Shown piece by piece: positions 50,391 to 59,630 of a DNA stretch of 64,000 nt. How positions within the stretch are numbered: position 1 is the first letter of the stretch; each line of letters starts with the position of its first letter. The stretch is taken from positions 5,217-69,216 of the forward strand of contig CAKOKS010000003.1 in NCBI GenBank assembly GCA_934095845.1, given 5' to 3'. The notes beneath the pieces were generated by a model. That model ran no database searches, had not been told where the DNA came from, and worked only from the letters and a program-made list of their open reading frames with translations. Both the position numbers and the translations under genes were made by a program. The DNA is from an uncultured Bacilli bacterium (lineage in GTDB: Bacteria; Bacillota_I; Bacilli_A; RF39; UBA660).

Positions 50391-52154
50391 ATGCAAAATA
50401 GAACTCATAATTTAAATGAATTGAGATTAGAAAATGTTGGAGAAAAAGTCGAACTAGTAGGTTGGCTTGAAAATGTTAGAAAAGTTAGTAAGAATTTAGC
50501 ATTTTTAATATTAAGAGATTTTTATGGAATAACTCAAATTGTTGTTGAAAACGAAGAAGTTATGAACATTGTTGACTCAATTAACTGTGAATCAACTATT
50601 AAAGTTTATGGAACAGTTAGAGAAAGAACAAGTAAAAATCCTAAGATTCCAACTGGAGATATAGAAGTTGTACCAGATAAAATTGAAGTAATTGGTAAAT
50701 GTATTTATAATGAACTTCCATTTGAAATTAATTTTTCTAAAAATGCTGATGAAAATACAAGATTAAAATATAGATATTTAGATTTAAGAAATCCATTAGT
50801 AAAAGAAAAAATAGTTTTAAGAAGTAAAATAATTTCTGAATTAAGAAGTAAAATGATAGAAGAAGGTTTCTTAGAAATCACAACTCCAATTTTAACTGCA
50901 TCATCACCAGAAGGAGCAAGAGATTACTTAGTTCCATCAAGAAATTATCCAGGAGAATTTTATGCTTTACCACAAGCACCTCAACAATTTAAACAACTTT
51001 TAATGACTTCTGGATTTGATAGATACTTCCAAATAGCTCCATGCTTTAGAGATGAAGATGCCAGAGCTGATAGAAGTCCAGGAGAATTTTATCAATTAGA
51101 TATGGAAATGTGTTTTGCAGATCAAGAAGATGTTTTTTCAGTAATTGAAAAAGTATTACCAGATGTATTTGCAAAATATGGAATATACAAAAGCGCTTCA
51201 AGTGTTCCATTTAAAAGAATTACTTATAAAGATGCATTAGAAACTTATGGATCAGATAAACCAGATTTAAGAATTGATTTAACATTAAAAGATATAAGTA
51301 GTATAGCTTCTAAAACTGAATTTGCAGATTTTAAAGACACTTATGTAACAGCTGTTAATGTTAGTAACTTTAAAGAAAGTAGAAAATATATAGATTCATT
51401 AGTTGAAGAAGTAACTACTTCAACTGGTAATAAAGTTTATTGGTTTAAAGTAGATGAAAATGGTGAATTAACTGGAGGAATTTCTAAATTCTTAGAACCA
51501 GTTAAAGAAGAATTATTTGAATCTTTAAATTTAGAAAGTAATTCTTTTGTAGCTGTCACTGCTGGTAAAAAATTATCATCTTTAAAAACTGGTGGAGTAT
51601 TAATTAAAAAATTAGGGTCTTCAATTGATGGACATATGAATAAAGAAACATATGAATTCTGTTGGATAGTTGACTTCCCAATGTATGAAATTGGAGAAGA
51701 ATCTGGTGAATTAGAATTCTGTCATAATCCATTTTCTATGCCACAAGGTGGTTTAAAAGTATTAGAAGAAGCTGAAGGTAACTTAGAGCGTGAACTTGAA
51801 ATAGTTGCTTATCAATATGACCTTGTTTGTAATGGAGTAGAACTTTCAAGTGGTGCTGTAAGAAATCATGATCCAGAAATTATGATTAAAGCATTTGAAC
51901 TTGTTGGTTTAGGTGAAGAAGATGTTAAGAAAAAATTCCCAGCTATGTATAATGCTTTCTGCTATGGCGCACCATCACATGCTGGAATAGCTCCTGGAGT
52001 AGATAGAATGATAATGCTTATTACTGGAGAAGAAAGTATAAGAGAAGTTATACCTTTCCCAATGAATAGCAAAGCTCAAGACTTACTTATGGGTTCACCT
52101 TGTAAAGTTAGTGATAAACAACTTAAAGATGTACATATAAAAGTTATAGATTAA
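50391..52154 (+). CDS. aspS: aspartate--tRNA ligase
   Basis: 587 aa. OB fold, then class II motifs (FYALPQAPQQFKQLLM, FRDEDARADR, GIAPGVDR). Confidence 0.95.
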   Translation: MQNRTHNLNELRLENVGEKVELVGWLENVRKVSKNLAFLILRDFYGITQIVVENEEVMNIVDSINCESTIKVYGTVRERTSKNPKIPTGDIEVVPDKIEVIGKCIYNELPFEINFSKNADENTRLKYRYLDLRNPLVKEKIVLRSKIISELRSKMIEEGFLEITTPILTASSPEGARDYLVPSRNYPGEFYALPQAPQQFKQLLMTSGFDRYFQIAPCFRDEDARADRSPGEFYQLDMEMCFADQEDVFSVIEKVLPDVFAKYGIYKSASSVPFKRITYKDALETYGSDKPDLRIDLTLKDISSIASKTEFADFKDTYVTAVNVSNFKESRKYIDSLVEEVTTSTGNKVYWFKVDENGELTGGISKFLEPVKEELFESLNLESNSFVAVTAGKKLSSLKTGGVLIKKLGSSIDGHMNKETYEFCWIVDFPMYEIGEESGELEFCHNPFSMPQGGLKVLEEAEGNLERELEIVAYQYDLVCNGVELSSGAVRNHDPEIMIKAFELVGLGEEDVKKKFPAMYNAFCYGAPSHAGIAPGVDRMIMLITGEESIREVIPFPMNSKAQDLLMGSPCKVSDKQLKDVHIKVID

Positions 52155-52178
52155 AGTGAATTTTATTTCACTTTTTTT
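52154..52178 (+). terminator. rho-independent terminator
   Basis: AAGTGAA pairs with TTCACTT, followed by a T-run. Confidence 0.65.
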
Positions 52179-52217
52179 AATTATGTGATATTATATGCTA
52201 ACAAAGGAAGTGGACTT

Positions 52218-53135
52218 ATGAAAAGTGATTATGAAAGATATATTAAATTTCTAGAAAAATATGTTCCTAGTGCAATAAAAAAATATTATAAAACACCATC
52301 ATTACAAAGACTAAAAGGTGTTGGATATTTTTGTGGGATGGATTATGCATCTAAAGATATTTATGATTTTAAATATCATGTTTCAACATTTGATCATTCT
52401 AAAACAACTGCAGGAATAACTTCAAAATTTACTGATGATAAAAGAGCAATTCTTGCTGCTTTGTACCATGATGTTTCTAAACCAACTTGTGGGCATGTAG
52501 TAGATTATATGAATAAAGATTATTTAACACAAGAAAGTACAGAAGAATATACAAAAGATATAATTGTAAATGACGATTTATTAATGAAATATTTAAAAGA
52601 AGAACATATAGAGCCAGAAGAAATAGCAGATTTTAAAAGATATTCTTTAGTTGACTTAGATCGACCTAGTTTATGTGCTGATAGAGTAGATGGAGTATTA
52701 TTAAGCTCACTAGCATGGAGTGAAAAAATGATTTATACCGAAGCAAAAGCTATTTTAAATGATTTAGAAGTTTATAAGAATGAAGATGGAAAAGAAGAAA
52801 TCGGATTTAAATCTAAATTTATGGCAAAGTATTTTTATATGAAAAATAAAGATATAGATAATTTAACTCATACTCCATGGGATACTTATATGATGGAACT
52901 TCTTGCAAGTATTATTAGACTTGCTATAGAAGAAGAATTAATTACATATGATAGTTTATATTATTTAAATGATGATCAATTATTTAGATTACTTGAATTT
53001 TCTGAAAATAAAGAATTGAAAGATAAATTAACAGAATTTGAATATATTCATAAAGGAGATATACAACCTATTAGAAATGATCAAATAAAGAAAAGGGTAA
53101 TAAATCCATTAGTTGGTGGAACTAGATTATTATAA
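52218..53135 (+). CDS. HD-domain metal-dependent phosphohydrolase
   Basis: ALYHDVSKP motif, plus a preceding H (FDHS). The ATG at 52218 lies behind AAAGGAAG; the track start is a GTG. Confidence 0.6.
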   Translation: MKSDYERYIKFLEKYVPSAIKKYYKTPSLQRLKGVGYFCGMDYASKDIYDFKYHVSTFDHSKTTAGITSKFTDDKRAILAALYHDVSKPTCGHVVDYMNKDYLTQESTEEYTKDIIVNDDLLMKYLKEEHIEPEEIADFKRYSLVDLDRPSLCADRVDGVLLSSLAWSEKMIYTEAKAILNDLEVYKNEDGKEEIGFKSKFMAKYFYMKNKDIDNLTHTPWDTYMMELLASIIRLAIEEELITYDSLYYLNDDQLFRLLEFSENKELKDKLTEFEYIHKGDIQPIRNDQIKKRVINPLVGGTRLL

Positions 53136-53159
53136 ATTCCAATTTTTGGAATTTTTTTT
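53135..53159 (+). terminator. rho-independent terminator
   Basis: AATTCCAA pairs with TTGGAATT, followed by a T-run. Confidence 0.65.
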
Positions 53160-53168
53160 ATAATTAAA

Positions 53169-53197
53169 TTGATTTAACTTAAATGATTTATTATAAT
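53169..53197 (+). promoter_or_regulatory. sigma-A promoter
   Basis: TTGATT (53169-53174), 17-nt spacer, TATAAT (53192-53197). Confidence 0.6.
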
Positions 53198-53223
53198 TAT
53201 TTATAGAATAGGTGTGTGTGCTT

Positions 53224-54630
53224 ATGAAGAAAAAAAGTATTCTTCTTGTTTTAGTTGGATTAATTTTAGGTTTATCAGTTGCATATGCAGCTGAATTGAT
53301 AAAAGCAAAAGAAGTTTCATTCAGTAATGGAATGTCTGGATTAAAAGCAAGTAATATACAAGATGCAATATCAGAACTTTACAATAAAAACATAAGTGAT
53401 TCATCATGTAAGAATGTAAGTGCACCTAAATTAGGAGAAGGATTAGTTCCAGTAACAATAGATTCTGATGGAACTGTAACATATGCAGACACTTCAAAAA
53501 ACTGGTATAACTATTGTGATAAACGTTGGGCCAATGCAGTAATACTTGAAGACAATGCAAGTTACAAAGTCGGAGATACAATAAGTGAATCTGATATTCA
53601 ATCATATTTTGTATGGATACCAAAATATAAATATAGACTATGGAATGTAGACACACCAAGTGAAGGAGTACATGAAATCGATATCATATTTGATGAAAAA
53701 GATACAACGGATGTAGAAGGAATATCATGTAAAACTCCAATGATAAGTGGAGAAAGTGTAAATTGTAATAATGGAGAATATATGACACATCCAGCATTTA
53801 TAAGTATGAATACAAATGGATTTTGGGCAGGTAAATTTGAGACAGGATATAGTGGAGCAACAAGTGCAACAACTGCAGAAGTAAATGTAAATGATACAAG
53901 TAAGGTAATCGTGAAACCAAATGTATATAGCTGGAGAAACATAACAGTCTATAATGCATTTTTAAATTCATATAATTATCAAAGGAATTTAGATTCACAT
54001 ATGATGAAAAATACAGAATGGGGAGCCATTGCGTATCTATCTCATTCAAAATATGGAATAAATAGAGAAATAAATATAAATAATAACTCTTCGTATAAAA
54101 CAGGTTTTTCGTCACTTCCTAGTATAAATCAGCAAACATATCCGGGAACAAGTGTAGACGGAGAAACTTACAATTCTACTTATAATACTAAAATAGGATA
54201 CTTAGCAAGCACAACAGGAAATATAACTGGCGTTTATGATATGAGTGGTAATGCACATGAATATATGGCATCATATATAACAGAAAAATTCAGCTCAAGC
54301 GGATTTAGTACAGCAACTTTATCAAAATATGATAATAAATATTTTGATATTTATAATACATCATCGACTTATACAAGTTATCAATACAGAATATTAGGAG
54401 ATGCAACCGGAGAAATTGGTCCATTTAAGCAATATATAGACACCGATAATCAGTCGAGATTTCATTCAAATTGGTATGGTATATATTCTGAATTTATTGA
54501 ATCTTCTTATCCATGGTTTACTCGTGGTGGACGATATTCATATGGAAATATAGCAGGAATATTCTGTTTTAGTAGATATAATGGAATAAATGGGTTTGAT
54601 ACAAGTTTCCGTATAGTTTTAACTCCATAA
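53224..54630 (+). CDS. secreted protein with a C-terminal FGE-sulfatase/SUMF1 (C-type-lectin-fold) domain
   Basis: Signal peptide MKKKSILLVLVGLILGLSVAYA. Has TGVYDMSGNAHEY and RGGRYS...GFDTSFRIV motifs. The ATG at 53224 follows AGGTG; the track start at 53212 is a GTG. Confidence 0.65.
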   Translation: MKKKSILLVLVGLILGLSVAYAAELIKAKEVSFSNGMSGLKASNIQDAISELYNKNISDSSCKNVSAPKLGEGLVPVTIDSDGTVTYADTSKNWYNYCDKRWANAVILEDNASYKVGDTISESDIQSYFVWIPKYKYRLWNVDTPSEGVHEIDIIFDEKDTTDVEGISCKTPMISGESVNCNNGEYMTHPAFISMNTNGFWAGKFETGYSGATSATTAEVNVNDTSKVIVKPNVYSWRNITVYNAFLNSYNYQRNLDSHMMKNTEWGAIAYLSHSKYGINREININNNSSYKTGFSSLPSINQQTYPGTSVDGETYNSTYNTKIGYLASTTGNITGVYDMSGNAHEYMASYITEKFSSSGFSTATLSKYDNKYFDIYNTSSTYTSYQYRILGDATGEIGPFKQYIDTDNQSRFHSNWYGIYSEFIESSYPWFTRGGRYSYGNIAGIFCFSRYNGINGFDTSFRIVLTP

Positions 54631-54660
54631 AAAAATTGGTAAATAACTTACCAATTTTAT
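54630..54660. terminator. bidirectional terminator between convergent genes
   Basis: AATTGGTAA (54634-54642) pairs with TTACCAATT (54648-54656), flanked by A- and T-runs. Confidence 0.7.
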
Positions 54661-55232
54661 TTTGCATAAAAATCAATGTCTGGAATTAGTACCTCTAAAT
54701 AATCAAGTATTTCTTGCTTAGAATACTTACTACTATTACTTAACCATTCAATACCAATGTTAATAACACCACCTAAGTAAAACTTAGCAATAACATCTGT
54801 AGGAACCTTCAAATTAATATCTTGTTCATTAAAACGATTTAATATATCTTCATTAACAACACTTAATAAAATATCCATCATTATACTATTTCTGTTGTTA
54901 ACCATTACAGCATTATAAATATCTTTTTTATCTTCAATATGATCTAAAAATAAACTTATAAGTTGTATATAATATTCTCTTATAGAAATATTACTATTAT
55001 CCTTTTTATTAAGTTCATTTACAAATTCTTCTTTTAAAGTATTTAAAAAATCTAAAAGAAGTTCATATTTATCTTCATAATGTGCATAAAATGTCGATCT
55101 ATTTATCATTGCTTTACTACAAATATCTGAAACTTTTATTTCTTCAAAAGTTTTTTCTTTCATAAGTTCTAATAGAGTTTGAAATATTAAATTTCTTGTT
55201 TTAATAACTCTTAAATCACTTTTTTTATCCAT
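54657..55232 (-). CDS. TetR/AcrR-family transcriptional regulator
   Basis: N-terminal HTH: FEEIKVSDICSKAMINRSTFYAHYEDKYEL. Confidence 0.88.
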   Translation of the reverse strand: MDKKSDLRVIKTRNLIFQTLLELMKEKTFEEIKVSDICSKAMINRSTFYAHYEDKYELLLDFLNTLKEEFVNELNKKDNSNISIREYYIQLISLFLDHIEDKKDIYNAVMVNNRNSIMMDILLSVVNEDILNRFNEQDINLKVPTDVIAKFYLGGVINIGIEWLSNSSKYSKQEILDYLEVLIPDIDFYAK

Positions 55233-55291
55233 TATTTCTCACCAATCAATATTATACGCATTTAAACAACATTTTCAATGATAAATATATA

Positions 55292-55335
55292 TTTGTTGGA
55301 GATAATAATACATATTTATAATTTTGTTGGATAAA
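55292..55335. promoter_or_regulatory. direct repeat TTTGTTGGA(G)ATAA x2 in the divergent tetR/MMPL intergenic region, candidate operator
   Basis: Copies lie at 55292-55305 and 55323-55335, with a 31-nt register. Confidence 0.3.
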
Positions 55336-55411
55336 ATACACTTTTTTAAATATGTGTGTGTTATTTTGACAAACCATATAATAAAATATAAAAGCGAATG
55401 GAGGAAATATA

Positions 55412-58400
55412 ATGGATAAGTTAGCAGAGAAAATATGTAAACATAAAAAACTAATTCTTGTTATATCTGGTCTATTATTAGTTCTATCATTTATTGGTAA
55501 TTTCTTAACTAAAGTTAACTATGATATTTTAGTTTATTTACCAAAAGATATTGAAACTATTAAAGGACAAGATATATTAACAGATGACTTTGATATGGGT
55601 TCATATTCTGTTGCTGTTGCTGAAAACTTAAGCAACAAACAAATTCTCGATTTAGAGAAAAAGATAAAAAATGTTAAAGGGGTTAATAAAGTTGTTTCAT
55701 TATACGATGCTATTGGAACAATACTTCCAATGGAAATGTTACCTGTAGAAGTAACAGAAAAACTTCATAAAGATGATACAGATTTATTATTTATAACATT
55801 TTATGGAAGTACATCAAGTGAAGAAACAATTGATGCTGTAAAAGAAATAAGAAATATAACTAGTGGAAGTGTTCGCTTAGGTGGAATGAGTTCAATGGTA
55901 CTTGATACTATGGAACTTTCAAATAAAGAAATTCTTATTTATGTTGTTATAGCTGTTGCTCTTTGTATAGTAGTTCTAGAGTTTTCACTAGATTCATATC
56001 TAGTACCAATTCTATTACTATTAAATATTGGATGTGCAATAATATTTAACTTAGGATCAAATGTCTTCTTAGGTGAAATATCATATATAACTAAAGCATT
56101 AGTTGCTGTTTTACAACTTGGAGTTACTACAGACTTTTCAATATTCTTGTATCACTCATACGAGAGTAAGAAAGAAAAATATAAAACTAGAGATGAAGCT
56201 ATGGCTAGTGCCATAAAAGAAACATTTACTTCAGTTATCGGTTCATCACTTACAACAATCGCTGGTTTCTTAGTTTTATGTACAATGCAATTAACTCTAG
56301 GACGTGATTTAGGAATAGTTATGGCTAAAGGTGTATTATTAGGAGTAATAACAGTTTTAACACTTTTCCCAAGTATGCTTTTATGCTTTGACTCATTAAT
56401 AGAAAAAACTAAACATAAGAGTTTAAATTTAAAATTTGAAAAATTAAATAAATTTATTATTAAAAATCATATAGTAATATTTATACTATTCTTAATTATT
56501 GCAATACCTGCATATTTAGGATATAAAAATGTAAGTGTTTACTATAAAATGGATAGATCTTTACCTGCAACACTTGAAAGTATAAGTACAAATGAAGTGT
56601 TAAAAGATAAATATAATATAGTTAGTCCAGAAATACTTCTAGTTGATACATCTATGAAGTCAAATGATGTTGTAGATATGATTAATGAAATTAAAAATGT
56701 TGATGGAATAGATTTTGTTCTATCATTTGATGAATTAAAACAACTTGGAATTACAGATAATATGATAAGTGAAGATTTACTTAAAGTATTTAAAACAGAT
56801 AAATATGAAATGATTTTAGTAAATTCACTTTATGAAGTCGCCAGTGATGAATTAAATAGTCAAGTTGAAGTAATAAATAATATTGTTAAAAAATATGATG
56901 ACAAGATTATAGTTGCTGGAGAAGGACCACTTATGAAAGATTTAATTTCTATAAGTGATACAGATTTCAACAATGTTAATACATCTTCTATAGTTTGTAT
57001 TTTAGTAATTTTACTTTTAGTATTAAAGAGTTTTTCATTACCAATATTACTTATATGTGCAATAGAAACAGCAATATTTATAAATATGTCATTCTCATAT
57101 TTTGGAGGAGTTGTTCTTCCATTTGTTGCTCCAATTGTTTTAGGTACAATTCAATTAGGTGCTACAATTGATTATGCTATATTAATGACTTCAAATTATC
57201 TTGGACTTAGAAAATCAGGAAAAGAAAAACGTGAAGCTATGTTAGAAACATTAAATTATAATGGTAAATCAATACTAGTAAGTGGTTTATGCTTCTTTGC
57301 TGCAACATTTGGAGTAGGAATCTATTCACAACTTGAAATGGTTGGAAGTTTATGTACTCTTATTTCTAGAGGAGCAATAGTAAGTATGCTAGTTGTTATA
57401 TTAGTTTTACCATCTATACTTTTAATATTTGATTCATTAATAATGAAAACTACGAAAGGATGTAATAATATGAAAAAAAATAATAAAAAAATTATGAGTT
57501 TCTCTGTTGCCATACTTGCATGTTTAGCATTCATACCATCTAATGTATTTGCTTTATCAAGAATCGAAACTGTATATGGTAAATTAGATACAACAGGAAA
57601 TTATAAATCTGTTTTAGTAACAGAGCATTTAAAAAACGATAAAAAAGAAAATACTTTACAAGACTATACGAATTTAAAAGATATTTTAAATATCAATGGT
57701 AATGAAGTAATTGAAGTTAAAGATAATAAATTAACTGTTAATTCAAATGGATTAGATATTTTCTATCAAGGAAAATATGATAATAAACTACCAATAAGTA
57801 TGGATATTACTTATAAGTTAGATGGAAAAGAAGTAAATGGTGAAGATATTTTAGGAAAATCTGGAAAGGTTGAAATAAATATTAAATATACAAATAGTTC
57901 TAAAAAAATAGTAAAATTAAATGGAAAAAATGAAACATTATACACTCCATTTGTAGTAACATTTGGAACAATTCTTGATGAATATGCATCAAACATTAAT
58001 GTAACAAATGGTAAAACTATAAGTAATGGAACAAAAAATGTAGTTGGAGCTATTTCTACTCCAGGATTATATGAAAGTTTAAATTTAAGTGAACTTAAAA
58101 ATACAGATAAAATAACTCTTACTTATGAAACTACATGTTTTAGTATTCCAAGTATGTACTCAGTTATAACTCCAAAATTAATTTCCTCAAGTGACTTAAA
58201 AATATTTGATAAATTAGATACTTTATATAAAAGTTCTGAAACATTAAAAGCTAACATGGATTTAATTGATACAAATACTAAAAAAATAAAAGAAGGATCA
58301 AATAAATTAAAAAGTACTTTATCAAGTTCGATGAAGAGCAGCTCAAAAAATGCTTTAACAACTGAACAAGTAAATATGATTACAAATCAAGCAAGTGGAT

Positions 58401-59164
58401 TAGTATCAGCTAAATTTACTGATGAATATAAAAATGAAATAGCAAAATCTGCTTGGAAAGAAGTTCAAAATAGTTTAGATCCAAACGATTCTTATGTAGT
58501 ATCTGAAGTTCAAAAATATTCAACAAATATAATGATTACTTACTTAAAAAGTATAAATAAATTTGACGAATATGTACGTTGTAGTTCTTTAGGACAAAGT
58601 GCAACTTCTGATACATCATGTATGAATTTATTTACTCTTATAGCACCAATGAAAAATGCACTTTCCGAAAATAATGGTAAATTAGCATCAAGTGTTAGTT
58701 CTTATGTAGCTGAAAATGTTTCAAAAAGTGTGGCTGTTAAAGTTTCTGAAGAAACGGCTAAACAAACTGTATCTGAACTTGCTCCAACTTTAGCAAATAC
58801 AGTTGCAAATCAAGTTAAAGATGCATCAATAGAATCATTAAAAACACTATATAATGGAATATCTACATTAGATTCTGGAATAAATGAATTATCTGCTGGT
58901 ATATCTAAATATAATGAAGAAGGAATAACTAAATTAAATAATGTCATTACTGGTAATGTAAAAGATACAGCTAGTAGAGTTAAAGCAATCACTAAATTAG
59001 GTGATAGTTATAAATCTATTTCAGCTAAATCATTAAACAGCGGTGATGAAACTAAAATGATTTTAGTAGTAGATGGAAAAAAATATGAAGCACCAAAAGA
59101 GAATAAAACTACTGAAACTAAAAAAGTTACATTCTTCCAAAGAATAAAAAACTTATTTAAATAA
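55412..59164 (+). CDS. MMPL/RND-superfamily transporter fused to a large YhgE/Pip-like extracytoplasmic domain
   Basis: About 686 aa form two 6-TM MMPL halves. An internal signal-like MKKNNKKIMSFSVAILACLAFIPSNVFA follows at 57470. After it come about 560 aa containing xxxLxxG heptads (LYNGISTLDSGINELSAGISKY). Confidence 0.8.
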   Translation: MDKLAEKICKHKKLILVISGLLLVLSFIGNFLTKVNYDILVYLPKDIETIKGQDILTDDFDMGSYSVAVAENLSNKQILDLEKKIKNVKGVNKVVSLYDAIGTILPMEMLPVEVTEKLHKDDTDLLFITFYGSTSSEETIDAVKEIRNITSGSVRLGGMSSMVLDTMELSNKEILIYVVIAVALCIVVLEFSLDSYLVPILLLLNIGCAIIFNLGSNVFLGEISYITKALVAVLQLGVTTDFSIFLYHSYESKKEKYKTRDEAMASAIKETFTSVIGSSLTTIAGFLVLCTMQLTLGRDLGIVMAKGVLLGVITVLTLFPSMLLCFDSLIEKTKHKSLNLKFEKLNKFIIKNHIVIFILFLIIAIPAYLGYKNVSVYYKMDRSLPATLESISTNEVLKDKYNIVSPEILLVDTSMKSNDVVDMINEIKNVDGIDFVLSFDELKQLGITDNMISEDLLKVFKTDKYEMILVNSLYEVASDELNSQVEVINNIVKKYDDKIIVAGEGPLMKDLISISDTDFNNVNTSSIVCILVILLLVLKSFSLPILLICAIETAIFINMSFSYFGGVVLPFVAPIVLGTIQLGATIDYAILMTSNYLGLRKSGKEKREAMLETLNYNGKSILVSGLCFFAATFGVGIYSQLEMVGSLCTLISRGAIVSMLVVILVLPSILLIFDSLIMKTTKGCNNMKKNNKKIMSFSVAILACLAFIPSNVFALSRIETVYGKLDTTGNYKSVLVTEHLKNDKKENTLQDYTNLKDILNINGNEVIEVKDNKLTVNSNGLDIFYQGKYDNKLPISMDITYKLDGKEVNGEDILGKSGKVEINIKYTNSSKKIVKLNGKNETLYTPFVVTFGTILDEYASNINVTNGKTISNGTKNVVGAISTPGLYESLNLSELKNTDKITLTYETTCFSIPSMYSVITPKLISSSDLKIFDKLDTLYKSSETLKANMDLIDTNTKKIKEGSNKLKSTLSSSMKSSSKNALTTEQVNMITNQASGLVSAKFTDEYKNEIAKSAWKEVQNSLDPNDSYVVSEVQKYSTNIMITYLKSINKFDEYVRCSSLGQSATSDTSCMNLFTLIAPMKNALSENNGKLASSVSSYVAENVSKSVAVKVSEETAKQTVSELAPTLANTVANQVKDASIESLKTLYNGISTLDSGINELSAGISKYNEEGITKLNNVITGNVKDTASRVKAITKLGDSYKSISAKSLNSGDETKMILVVDGKKYEAPKENKTTETKKVTFFQRIKNLFK

Positions 59165-59188
59165 AAGATGATTATTTCATCTTTTTTT
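59165..59188 (+). terminator. rho-independent terminator
   Basis: AAGATGA pairs with TCATCTT, followed by a T-run. Confidence 0.65.
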
Positions 59189-59212
59189 GTTTTATTTTGA
59201 ATATAATTTAAT

Positions 59213-59575
59213 ATGAATAATAACCAAGAAGAAATAAATAGATTAAACTTTGAAAATTTTATTTGGATAGTTTTTGCATCTTTATGCTTTTTAAATATTA
59301 ATGGAGATAATTTAGAAAAAGACTATATAAAAACAAATAATCAAAGTAAACATAATGAAGCAAATAAAGTATTTGAATTTACTTTATCTATAACCTTTTT
59401 AATATATATTTATTTTTTCTTAAGAAACTATCGAGCCTTAAGAAAGGCCCCTGAAAATCAAAAAAAATTATATGAAATAAAAACTTTAGGTAGTTTACTT
59501 TTAATATCTGGAATAATATGTTTAATATATTTTCAAAAAAATCAAACTAATTTTGAAGGCTCACCTGCATTATAA
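59213..59575 (+). CDS. small membrane protein, function unknown
   Basis: 120 aa with three hydrophobic segments. The SD is weak. Confidence 0.4.
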   Translation: MNNNQEEINRLNFENFIWIVFASLCFLNINGDNLEKDYIKTNNQSKHNEANKVFEFTLSITFLIYIYFFLRNYRALRKAPENQKKLYEIKTLGSLLLISGIICLIYFQKNQTNFEGSPAL

Positions 59576-59581
59576 ATTTTA

Positions 59582-59610
59582 TTTACAATTAATTATTATT
59601 AATTTATAAT
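59582..59610 (+). promoter_or_regulatory. sigma-A promoter
   Basis: TTTACA (59582-59587), 17-nt spacer, TATAAT (59605-59610). Confidence 0.6.
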
Positions 59611-59630
59611 AGTACGAAGTAGGTGATAGA

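Noticed and set aside
54480-54630. The 3' end of the FGE-sulfatase-fold gene 53224-54630 as a second DGR variable region.
   Set aside because: Codons there are ordinary A/T-ending host codons (ATA, GAA, TCA, GGA, AGA ...). There is no NNY run, no adenine depletion and no GC shift.
57470-57500. Homopolymeric A7-A8 tracts as phase-variation switches. They occur in the MMPL fusion at 57473-57480, in the start of gene 53224, and in the T/K linker of the giant gene around 7920-7980.
   Set aside because: Such A-runs encode Lys-rich segments and are common in this AT-rich genome. With a single sequence there is no evidence of length variation. The tract is mentioned only as a caveat in the MMPL finding.
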